Source: Candidatus Hydrogenedentota bacterium (GTDB taxonomy: Bacteria; Hydrogenedentota; Hydrogenedentia; Hydrogenedentales; SLHB01). Taken from it: DNA of 47,629 nt. Where the stretch lies: contig CAXXYE010000005.1 of assembly GCA_963674865.2 (NCBI GenBank), positions 1 through 47,629 of the forward strand. Reading direction: 5' to 3'. A model generated the notes under the pieces. That model worked only from the letters and a program-made list of their open reading frames with translations, did no database searches and was not told the origin of the DNA. Both the position numbers and the translations under genes were made by a program. Positions 39,195-47,629 of this stretch are shown here, one piece after another. How positions within the stretch are numbered: position 1 is the first letter of the stretch; every line of letters starts with the position of its first letter.

Positions 39195-39827
39195 CTACCC
39201 CTTTCGGGCGGCGGATGCGGTCTTGGGCGTGGCGAATTGGGTGATGATGCCGGCTGATGCGAGTCCGGCCCAAGCCGCGAGAATCATCCAGCGGGTTTTG
39301 CCCGAGGCGCCGGAGTCGTTAGGAAGTTCCGGCAGGGCGCGTCCGAGTATGAAGTAGGCGAATCCCGCGACGACGATCCAAGCTCCTGTCGCGGCGGTGG
39401 CTACGGTGATGATGGGGCGCTCGATATAAAGGGCCGTCAGGCCGCCGGCGACGGCGGCCGCGATGATGATCCAGGGGACCGCAGCCACCACGCCGCTGGC
39501 CTGGGCCGCGTGCGCGATCGCGGCGGCGCCAAGCATGCCCAGGAGGAACACGCCCACTTTGAAGGTGAAGAGCAGTGCGACGGCGCCCGAGAGGCCGCCC
39601 AAGAGCAAGGCGGCGGACGTAACGATCCATTGCCCTTGGCTGAACCAGGCGGCGAGAAAGGCGGCGGCGCCACCGGCAAGGATGAATCCCGTGAGAGCGA
39701 TCACGGTCTTCAACAGGCGGTATCCGAGAAAGCAGTAAAGCGTTCCGGCTGCAATGGCGATGGCCGTCACCGCGTCGAGTGTATGGGGAGTCAGCCCCTC
39801 CGGGCTCCATTGGGCAAGCGGCTCCAT
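39195..39827 (-). CDS. DUF4203/TMEM198-like membrane protein
   Basis: GTLYCFLGYRLLK..GF..G, about seven TM helices, ATAATGA and C-terminal GIITQ. Confidence 0.8.
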   Translation of the reverse strand: MEPLAQWSPEGLTPHTLDAVTAIAIAAGTLYCFLGYRLLKTVIALTGFILAGGAAAFLAAWFSQGQWIVTSAALLLGGLSGAVALLFTFKVGVFLLGMLGAAAIAHAAQASGVVAAVPWIIIAAAVAGGLTALYIERPIITVATAATGAWIVVAGFAYFILGRALPELPNDSGASGKTRWMILAAWAGLASAGIITQFATPKTASAARKG

Positions 39828-40359
39828 CGCTTCTCCTTAATCCGTTTTTCTCACAGCCGCATAACGAGACTACACTCAAGTCGCGCGGAGCGGGCGCTTT
39901 GCTTCACAAGTCTGCCGTTGCGGGGCTCGACAGAATGCCTCACGGCCTGCTCGGCCACTTGCTATCACCGAGCCCGTTCCTATCAGATGATAGGTGAGAA
40001 AAGCGGGCCGCAGACAGCTACGGGTGAGTTATTGGGATTCAGACGGCGGGATCATGGCCTCCTGCGCGCCAAATGTCAACGCGCCCGCTCTCTTAGTGCC
40101 TGCCGTCGGCCGCGTCGTGTCGTAACTGTTTGGGGGTGAGGGCACTAGCGAAAGAGGCAGCGAACCGACTCGATGAACCAATCCAGAAATGACGAAAGCG
40201 TTTCAGGATCCCATGGACACGGCGCTGTCGAGTCGCTGGGTGATTGCCGATGCCGCGACGTTTTTGCAATAGCGGCACGAACGTGCTAGATTACGCTTTT
40301 CTTCCGGGGTATTGGACTTGGTAAGTGCCGGGGGGTAGGCATAGTTGGAGTATTAGTGC

Positions 40360-40666
40360 GTGCCGACGTATTCGTATCAATGTAAGAAGTGTGGACACGT
40401 TCAGGACGTGTTTTCACGCGATGAGTGCGAATCCGCGCGTGAAATGTCCCGAGTGCGGCGGCCAATGCAAGCGGCTGCTCGGGACGGGCGCGGGCATCAT
40501 TTTCAAAGGTTCCGGTTTTTACGAGACAGACTACAAGCGGAGCGGAGCGTCCGGCACGGGCTCCTCTCCCGCGCCCAGCGCAAAGAGTGGCGACAAGGGC
40601 GAAAGCAAGAGTTCGAAGAGCCCGGCAAAGGAGTCTTCGAACTCGAGCAGCGGCGATTCGACGTAG
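40360..40666 (+). CDS. FmdB-family zinc-ribbon protein (indel near 40412)
   Basis: MPTYSYQCKKCGH..CPECGG..KRLL..IIFKGSGFYETDY with Ser/Lys-rich tail. Confidence 0.9.
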
Positions 40667-40772
40667 ACGCCATCCGCTTCTATTCTGAGTCCGGCCTGTG
40701 TCTTCAGCGGGCGTTGCGGCATGGTGACGGCCATCGAGTGACAAGCGGTGGGTATCAAGAGGGAATCATCAA

Positions 40773-41960
40773 GTGAATACCAGTGAAATCAAGGCACTAA
40801 ACGACAAGTGCATCATTAATACATACGGCGCGCGCAAACTGGCGCTGGTTCGCGGCGAGGGCAGCCGGCTTTGGGATGCGGAGGGCAAGGAATACCTTGA
40901 TTTCTTCGCCGGTATCGCGGTGACGAACCTGGGCCATTGTCATCCCGCCGTCACCGGGGCCATCTGCGAGCAGGCGCGGAAGCTGGTTCACGTCTCCAAT
41001 CTCTACTACATTCAGCCGCAGGTTGAGGTGGCGGCGCTTTTGTGCGAGCACTCGTTTGCCGAGCAGTGGTTCTTCTGCAATGGCGGCGCGGAGGCAAATG
41101 AGGCGGCGATGAAGCTGGCGCGGCGGTATTGGAGCCAACAGGGCGCGCCGAAGCCGGAGATCATCACCGCGGAGCAATCGTTCCATGGGCGGACGGTGGC
41201 GACGATCACGGCCACGGGCCAACCGAAATACCATGAGGGGTTTGCGCCGTTGCTGCCAGGTATCCGCTATGTGCCGTTCGACGACATTGACGCGCTGGCG
41301 CAGGCCATGACAGCGGAGGTCGGGGCCGTGATGCTCGAGCCTATTCAGGGCGAGGGTGGCGTACGCGTGCCGGATGAGGACTATCTCCGGCAAGTCCGGC
41401 AGCTCTGCGATGAACGCAATGTGCTGCTGATCTTTGACGAGGTGCAAACCGGATTGGGGCGGACGGGCAAGCTCTTCGCGCATGAGCACTACGGGATCGT
41501 CCCGGATATCATGACTCTCGCGAAGGGATTGGGCAATGGCGTGCCCATCGGCGCTATGGGATGCACGGAGAAGGCGGCGTCCGGTTTCAGTGTGGGCTCA
41601 CACGCCTGTACTTTTGGCGGGAATCCGTTGAGCACTGCTGCGGCGCTAGCCACGCTTAAGGTGTTGACGGGGCCGGACTTTATCGAGAAGGCGGCCGAGG
41701 TGGGTGCGCATCTTTTCAAGCGCCTTCATGCCGTGGCCGGAAAACACGAGATTGTGGCCGAAGTCAGGGGGCGCGGCTTGATGGTGGGTATTGAGTTGAA
41801 GAAGCCCGCGGCGTCTGCCGTGGAGCAGATGATTGCGTCTGGCATTATCTGCGGGACGGCAGGGCCAAACGTGCTGCGGTTTCTCCCGCCATTGATCGTG
41901 ACCACCGAAGAATGCGATCGGGTTGCCTCCGTTTTGGACGTTGTCCTGGGAGACATGTGA
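40773..41960 (+). CDS. argD: Acetylornithine aminotransferase
   Basis: YLDFFAGIAV, GAEANEAA, SFHGRT, EPIQGEGG, DEVQTG, AKGLGNG; upstream of argF. Confidence 0.93.
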   Translation: MNTSEIKALNDKCIINTYGARKLALVRGEGSRLWDAEGKEYLDFFAGIAVTNLGHCHPAVTGAICEQARKLVHVSNLYYIQPQVEVAALLCEHSFAEQWFFCNGGAEANEAAMKLARRYWSQQGAPKPEIITAEQSFHGRTVATITATGQPKYHEGFAPLLPGIRYVPFDDIDALAQAMTAEVGAVMLEPIQGEGGVRVPDEDYLRQVRQLCDERNVLLIFDEVQTGLGRTGKLFAHEHYGIVPDIMTLAKGLGNGVPIGAMGCTEKAASGFSVGSHACTFGGNPLSTAAALATLKVLTGPDFIEKAAEVGAHLFKRLHAVAGKHEIVAEVRGRGLMVGIELKKPAASAVEQMIASGIICGTAGPNVLRFLPPLIVTTEECDRVASVLDVVLGDM

Positions 41961-42887
41961 TGATCAGCGACCTCATTTCACTGGCTGACTTGAAAGGCGA
42001 CGAGATCCTGGCTCTTCTCGAGCGGGCCGATGAGATGAAGGCCATGCAGCGCGCGGGCAAGGCATATCAGCCCTTGAAGGGCCTTACCGCCGCCATGATC
42101 TTTGAGAAGCCAAGCCTGCGGACGCGCGTGACTTTCGAGACTGGCATGTTCCAATTGGGAGGGCACGCGGTACATCTCGAATCGCTGCAGATTAGGCTTG
42201 GCGAACGGGGAGTCCGTGCCGGATGCCGCGCGCAATTTGGATCGTTGGGTGGATGGCATCATCGCGCGGACCTTTGCCCATCAAACCGTCGTGGACTTGG
42301 CCGCCTACACCAAGGCGCCGGTGATAAACGCCCTGACGGATAAGTTACATCCGTGTCAGGTGTTGGCGGATGTCCAGGCCCTCCGCGAGCACAAGGGCGA
42401 CTTGGCTAACCTCAAGCTCGTTTTTGTGGGAGACGGCAACAATGTCTGCGCGTCGTGGTTCAATTTCGCCGCCCGCGTGCCGCTGAATGTGACGCTTGTC
42501 TGTCCTGAGGGTTACGAACTGGACGAGGATGTCTTGGCGGCGGCGCGCCGGGACGCACGGGGCGAGGTAGATGTGACGCACGACCTGGAGGCCGGCCTGG
42601 CGAACGCCGACGCGGTGTATACGGATGTGTGGGCGAGCATGGGCCAGGAGGAGGAGCAGGCCGAGCGGGGAAAGGCGTTCGCCCCCTATCAGGTCAATGC
42701 CGCCATGATGGCTTTGGCGAAGACGGATGCGGTGTTCATGCACTGCCTTCCCGCGCATCGCGGCGAGGAGGTCACGGACGAGGTAATAGACAGTCCGCAG
42801 TCCATCGTTTTCGATCAGGCGGAAAACCGCCTGCATGCGCAGAAGGCCGTTATGGTTGCCCTGATGGCCAAAGAAGCGGCCAGGTAG
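41957..42887 (+). CDS. argF: Ornithine carbamoyltransferase (indel near 42205)
   Basis: FEKPSLRTR, HPCQ, GDGNN, DVWASMG, HCLPAHRG, QAENR. Confidence 0.95.
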
Positions 42888-42893
42888 CATCCT

Positions 42894-43398
42894 ATGTACA
42901 CAGACCTGGCATCCTTCCTGAAGGACTGGCGGCGCGAGTCGGAGTTAACCGCCCGGCTTATGGATGCCTTGACGGACGAGTCGCTTCTCCAGCGGGTGTC
43001 GGAACAGGACAGGACGCTCGGCCGTATGGCTTGGCACACTGTCACGACGATTTCCGAGATGCTGGGGCAGGTGGGGTCTTTGTGTGTCTGTATTCGGCGA
43101 GAGCGGCGCTGTGCCGACAAGCGCGGCGGCGATAGCCGCGGCCTATCGTGCGGTTTCCTCAGCGGTGGCGGAGGCTATCGAGTCCGAGTGGAGCGACGAT
43201 TCCCTGCACGTGATGGACGCCATGTATGGCGAGACTTGGCCTCGAGGTATGACGCTCGACGTTCTGATACGCCATGAGATTCACCACCGCGGCCAGATGA
43301 CGGTGCTAATGCGCCAAGCCGGGCTTGCCGTGCCGGGTGTCTATGGCCCCTCCCGCGAGGAGTGGGCGAAGCTGGGGATGGAGCCTCCCTCCGTATGA
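42894..43398 (+). CDS. DinB family protein (indel near 43085)
   Basis: RTLGRMAWH and HEIHHRGQ..LMRQAG..VPGVYGPS. Confidence 0.88.
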
Positions 43399-43505
43399 CG
43401 TCGCGTCGAGTGCGCCCCGCGGCTCGGAGTGCATGCGATTGAATAGAGATATATGCGAGTATCATGGCGCCCTAGCGGGCGATGTGACGAAAGGAATCAG
43501 AAGAC

Positions 43506-44714
43506 ATGGCTACGGACGTGAAAAAGGTCGTGCTGGCCTATTCGGGAGGCCTCGATACTTCCGTTATCCTCAAGTGGCTTCAGGAAACGTATAAGGCCGA
43601 CGTAGTCGCGTTTGTCGCGGATGTCGGCCAGGGCGAGGAGACGGAGCCGGCCCGGCAGAAGGCCTTCGACACGGGGGCGTGCGCGGTGTACGTGGAGGAC
43701 TTGCGCGAGGAATTTGCCCGCGACTTCGTCTTTCCCGCGATGAAGGCAAACGCGATATACGAGGGTACTTACCTTCTTGGCACGAGCGTAGCGCGGCCCT
43801 TGATCGCCAAGGCGCAGATCGAGATCTTCCGAAAGGAGAAGGCTGATGCCGTTTCGCACGGCGCTACGGGCAAGGGCAATGACCAGGTCCGATTCGAACT
43901 GACGTATTTCGCCTTCGAGCCGAATGTCACCATCATCGCGCCATGGCGGGAGTGGGACCTGACGAGCCGGACGGCCCTCAATGCCTATGCCGAGAAGCAC
44001 GGTATCCCCGTGCCCACCACTGTCGCGAAGCCTTATTCCTCCGACCGCAACCTCCTGCACATATCGTTTGAGGGAGGCATTCTTGAAGATCCGTGGGCGG
44101 AGCCACCGGAAGATATGTTTGTACTGACCACCGATCCGCTTAAGGCGCCTGATGAGCCGGCCTACGTCGAGGTCGAGTTTGAGGAAGGTACGCCCGTGGC
44201 GGTGGACGGTGAACGCCTTTCCCCCGCGAAGCTCCTCGAGCGTCTCAACGCGCTCGCGGGAATGCACGGCGTGGGGCGGGTGGACATGGTTGAGAACCGC
44301 TTCGTGGGAATGAAGTCCCGCGGGGTGTATGAAACGCCTGGCGGCACAATTCTCTATAAGGGCCATCGGGCCGTCGAGTCGATTACCATGGACCGCGAAG
44401 TAATGCTGCTACGGGATCAGATGTCCCCGAAGATCGCGCAGTTGATCTACAACGGATTCTGGTATTCGCCCGAGATGAACTTGATGATGGATTTCGTCAA
44501 ACACTCGCAGGAGAATGTCACGGGAACGGCGCGGCTACGGCTCTACAAGGGCAATTGCGATGTTGTCGGCAGAAAGGCGCCCAAGTCGCTCTACGACGAG
44601 CGGATCAGCACTTTTGAGGCCGATGAAGGGGCGTATCAACAAGCCGACGCCGGCGCCTTCATCAAGTTGAATGCTCTGCGGCTGAGGGTTCGGAGAAACG
44701 CCGGCCTCCTCTAA
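43506..44714 (+). CDS. argG: Argininosuccinate synthase
   Basis: [40 protein letters not shown]. Confidence 0.98.
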   Translation: MATDVKKVVLAYSGGLDTSVILKWLQETYKADVVAFVADVGQGEETEPARQKAFDTGACAVYVEDLREEFARDFVFPAMKANAIYEGTYLLGTSVARPLIAKAQIEIFRKEKADAVSHGATGKGNDQVRFELTYFAFEPNVTIIAPWREWDLTSRTALNAYAEKHGIPVPTTVAKPYSSDRNLLHISFEGGILEDPWAEPPEDMFVLTTDPLKAPDEPAYVEVEFEEGTPVAVDGERLSPAKLLERLNALAGMHGVGRVDMVENRFVGMKSRGVYETPGGTILYKGHRAVESITMDREVMLLRDQMSPKIAQLIYNGFWYSPEMNLMMDFVKHSQENVTGTARLRLYKGNCDVVGRKAPKSLYDERISTFEADEGAYQQADAGAFIKLNALRLRVRRNAGLL

Positions 44715-44742
44715 CGCCTTTGCGAGATTCGGGAGCAAGCGC

Positions 44743-44783
44743 AAACGATACCGGAATTGCTTATCCGGTATCGTTTCGTCTTT
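44743..44783 (+). terminator. Perfect 13-bp hairpin after argG, probable terminator
   Basis: AAACGATACCGGA / TCCGGTATCGTTT followed by CGTCTTT. Confidence 0.65.
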
Positions 44784-44848
44784 AATGAAACCTAGCACCG
44801 GGCAGCCGGACTACCGGGGCGCGGCGATAGAGGAGGGATACATCCGTT

Positions 44849-45229
44849 ATGGCGGAAGCAAACGAGAATGATGAGCAGAAGAAACTTGCGGAGGAGCTGG
44901 CGGCGTTTGAGGAGTTCAAGGAGGAGCGAGAGCGGCTTAAGAAGGTCATCGGCCAGATTGGCGGCGTGAGGCAGTCGAAGCGCGACTCCGTCATCAATGG
45001 GATCTTTTTCGCCATCGTGATTCTACTGCTGATCCACGACCTGACGCTTCAGTGGTACACGCAACTGCTTTCGCTGGAAATCGGCCTGTTCCTCGTTAGT
45101 TTCAAAATCATCTTCATGATTCACCAGAATGCCAAGGTCAATCACTTCCAGTTCTGGATTCTAAACGCCATTGAGTTCCGTCTCAACTCACTCGAGCGGG
45201 AGTTCAGGAAGTCTGCGCGAGATAACTAG
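44849..45229 (+). CDS. Hypothetical two-TM coiled-coil membrane protein
   Basis: GAGGAGG RBS; charged helix, IGQIGG, two TM helices and KVNHFQFWILNAIEFRLN. Confidence 0.8.
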   Translation: MAEANENDEQKKLAEELAAFEEFKEERERLKKVIGQIGGVRQSKRDSVINGIFFAIVILLLIHDLTLQWYTQLLSLEIGLFLVSFKIIFMIHQNAKVNHFQFWILNAIEFRLNSLEREFRKSARDN

Positions 45230-45335
45230 AGCCGCCGCGGCTTCGCACGGCTTACGGTAAGTTGCGAGCAAGAGGAAGCGCCAGATTCGGCGCGGCACAC
45301 GGAACAGCATGGCGCCTGGCTAGGGAGTTCTTGAT

Positions 45336-46745
45336 ATGAGCAAGCTATGGGGGGGTAGGTTTGAAGGCAAGACAGACGACCTCGTCGAAGTGCTGGGGGA
45401 GTCTGTTTCCTTCGATGCGCGGCTGGCCCCCTGGGATGTCCGGGCCAGCATTGCTCACGCGCGGATGCTGGGAGAGCAAGGCATTATAGCGTCGGGCGAC
45501 GCTAAGAAGATCATACGCGGACTGAGGGAGATCGAGAATGAGATTGCCGCGGGGGATTTTGTCTTCGATGCGGGCCTGGAGGATGTTCATACGAACATCG
45601 AAGCCGCCCTGGTTGGACGCATAGGCGAGGCGGGCAAGCGTCTCCATACGGCGCGCAGTAGGAATGATCAAGTCGCCACTGATATGCGGCTTTGGCTTCG
45701 CGATCAGACGGATATTGTCCTTGCGAGTCTTCACGACACGCAGGCGGCGTTGGCGGCGTTCGCGGAAGGCCATATCGATGTCGTCTTGCCGGGCTTCACG
45801 CACCTCCAACACGCCCAGCCCGTCCTGCTGGCGCATCACTTGCTCGCGTATTTCGAGATGTTAGGACGTGACTGGGAGCGGTTTGCCGAATTGCGCAAGC
45901 GGGTGAACGTATTGCCTCTTGGCTCCGCCGCCCTCGCGGGGACGCCGCACCCCGTCGGCCGGGAGCAGGTGGCAAAAGAACTCGACTTCGACGGTATTTC
46001 CGCCAATAGCATGGATGCCGTCTCGGATCGGGATTACCTGATCGAGTTCTGCGGGGCGGCGGCGATGGCGATGATGCATCTGTCGCGGTTTTGCGAGGAG
46101 CTGATCCTCTGGTCGACGCCGGAGTTCAATTTCATCGAGATCGGCGATGCCTTCACGACGGGTTCGAGCATCATGCCTCAGAAGAAGAATCCTGATGTGG
46201 CGGAACTTGTCCGTGGAAAGACGGGCCGGGTCTACGGAAACTTGACGGCGCTCCTCACCGTGATGAAGGGCCTGCCGCTCACGTACAACCGGGACCTGCA
46301 GGAGGACAAGGAGGCCGTATTCGACACGGCGGACACGCTCGAACTGTGTCTGGCCGTGGTAGCTCGGATGATCCCAAGCATTCGAGTGCATGCCGAGCGG
46401 ATGATTGAGGCGGCGCAAGAGGGCTTTCTCGAAGCTACGGATCTGGCCGACTACCTTGCCGGCAAGGGGGTGCCCTTCCGTGAGGCCCACGAGGTCGTCG
46501 GCCGCGTCGTTCTCGCCTGCGAGAAGCGGGGGAGGAGGATCCCCGAGCTATCTCTGGAGGAATTACGCGAGTTCTCGCCATTGTTTGACTCAGACGTTGC
46601 GCGTCTCCTCACGCCGACGGCTCTGGTGAAGCGGCGGGATAACGCCGGCGGAACGGCCCCAAGGCGTGTCCGGGCGGCATTGCGCCGGGCCGCCAGGGCG
46701 TTGGAGCGGCGGTTGCACACGGCCCGGCCGCGGAGTAAGATGTGA
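45336..46745 (+). CDS. argH: Argininosuccinate lyase
   Basis: LWGGRF, HTARSRNDQ, PGFTHLQHAQP, GSSIMPQKKNPD. Confidence 0.98.
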   Translation: MSKLWGGRFEGKTDDLVEVLGESVSFDARLAPWDVRASIAHARMLGEQGIIASGDAKKIIRGLREIENEIAAGDFVFDAGLEDVHTNIEAALVGRIGEAGKRLHTARSRNDQVATDMRLWLRDQTDIVLASLHDTQAALAAFAEGHIDVVLPGFTHLQHAQPVLLAHHLLAYFEMLGRDWERFAELRKRVNVLPLGSAALAGTPHPVGREQVAKELDFDGISANSMDAVSDRDYLIEFCGAAAMAMMHLSRFCEELILWSTPEFNFIEIGDAFTTGSSIMPQKKNPDVAELVRGKTGRVYGNLTALLTVMKGLPLTYNRDLQEDKEAVFDTADTLELCLAVVARMIPSIRVHAERMIEAAQEGFLEATDLADYLAGKGVPFREAHEVVGRVVLACEKRGRRIPELSLEELREFSPLFDSDVARLLTPTALVKRRDNAGGTAPRRVRAALRRAARALERRLHTARPRSKM

Positions 46746-46762
46746 GCAGAAGTTGAGATGTA

Positions 46763-47629
46763 ATGCCCATGGACGATAGAGGAAAAATCCTTGTCGTCGA
46801 CGACGAGGCCGTCATTCGGGAACTGCTCAGTGATGTCCTCAGCGATGAGGGTTATGCGGTCGAATGCGCGGCTAACGCGCGCGAGGCTTTGGCCTTGTTG
46901 CGCGAAGTCGACGGCTTTTTTCTGCTTTTCACGGACGTGATGATGCCGGAAATGGACGGGATCGAGCTCGTTCGTGAAGCGCGGAAGATCCGTCCCGACT
47001 TGATTCCCATCGTGATGACAGGCTTTGCCAGCCTTGAGTCGGCGCGTGGCGCGGTCAAGGAGGGGGCGTACGACTACATCCTCAAGCCGTTCAGCCTCAG
47101 CGATATCAAACTGGCCGTCACCAATGCCGTCGAACGGTACCGGCTCACCCGCGAGAACGTGCGCCTGCGCGAGATCACGGAACTTTTTAATATCAGCGAG
47201 CGGATCGCCGCGATTCACGACGAGCACGCCCTCTACGATTTTGTCTTGAAAGCGGCGATGGAGCGGGTCGCCGCCGAGCGTGGCTCATTGATGCTTGTCA
47301 CCCCCGACAGAAAAGGCCTGAGGGTGGTGGCGAGCGTGGGCGTTCCGGACGACGCAAGCCAATCCGTTGTCGAATTGGGCAAGGGCATCTCGGGATGGGT
47401 GGCGGAACACGTCAGTCCCTTGCTCGTCGAGAATATCCGGCAGACTCTCCGGATGTGGCTCGGATGAGCCGCCAACTCGAGGATCCGTCCTTCATTTCCG
47501 TGCCGCTCGAGCACAAGCACCTGGCCGAGCGTGGGAATGGCGGCGGGCCGGGGTGATGTGCCCAACGCCATCGCCGTCCTAAACGTTACTGAGAAGCGAG
47601 ATGGCGCCCACTTCAACGAAGGAGATCTG
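46763..47629 (+). CDS. Response regulator, receiver + GAF domain (partial; indels near 47440-47480, runs off the window)
   Basis: VVDDE, TDVMMP, MTG, KPF; GAF GSLML..GKGISGWVA continues out of frame as SFISVPL..IAVLNVTEKRDG..FNEGDL. Confidence 0.88.

Noticed and set aside
40273..40287. Sigma54-like CGGCACGAACGTGCT
   Set aside because: GG-N9-GC spacing and a poor -12 element.
41957..42887. N-acetyl/succinyl-ornithine transcarbamylase suggested by SLRT instead of STRT
   Set aside because: DxxxSMG and HCLPAHRG are the canonical ornithine-binding motifs of ordinary OTCase.
34714..43398. Pseudogenes or programmed frameshifts in clpC, mcsA, fmdB, argF and dinB (also lspA and lgt)
   Set aside because: Too many, in conserved or essential genes with otherwise intact motifs, several at homopolymer or dinucleotide runs; sequencing error is the simpler explanation.
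43438..43455. ArgR ARG box upstream of argG (ATTGAATAGAGATATATG)
   Set aside because: Only the left half matches, there is no tandem box, and no argR is in the window.

Overview
GC-rich (roughly 60-65% by eye) chromosomal window of a diderm bacterium (BamA present). Gene content and style suggest a Hydrogenedentes/PVC-like lineage, which is inference only. It looks like an error-prone long-read assembly: many conserved genes at about 1-5.4 kb and 35.4-47.6 kb are broken by 1-2 nt indels, while 6.3-34.7 kb is clean. Housekeeping content: DksA-like tail, lspA, lgt, udk, garK, glnE, mcsA-mcsB-clpC-bamA, argD-argF-argG-argH and a receiver-GAF regulator. Accessory content: two Gfo/Idh/MocA + TIM-barrel sugar-oxidation clusters, a sulfatase-like hydrolase, two exported metallophosphoesterases, a sigma54-preceded LysM-M23 peptidase and a GT-C-like membrane protein. 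Best leads: (1) an McsB that has lost essentially all catalytic motifs by substitution (probable pseudokinase) yet sits in an mcsA-mcsB-clpC-bamA operon with no adjacent ctsR; (2) a Ser/Thr-kinase/sigma54 locus with an FHA-GAF enhancer-binding protein, a sigma54 promoter with candidate enhancer half-sites ahead of a stand-alone Fis-like HTH mini-protein, a membrane kinase with 14 WD40 repeats and a divergent 8-repeat FG-GAP surface protein with a C-terminal sorting signal; (3) an orphan protein with an ADP-ribosyltransferase-like HxT motif; (4) tandem REP-like hairpins. No rRNA, tRNA, CRISPR array or transposase was recognised.
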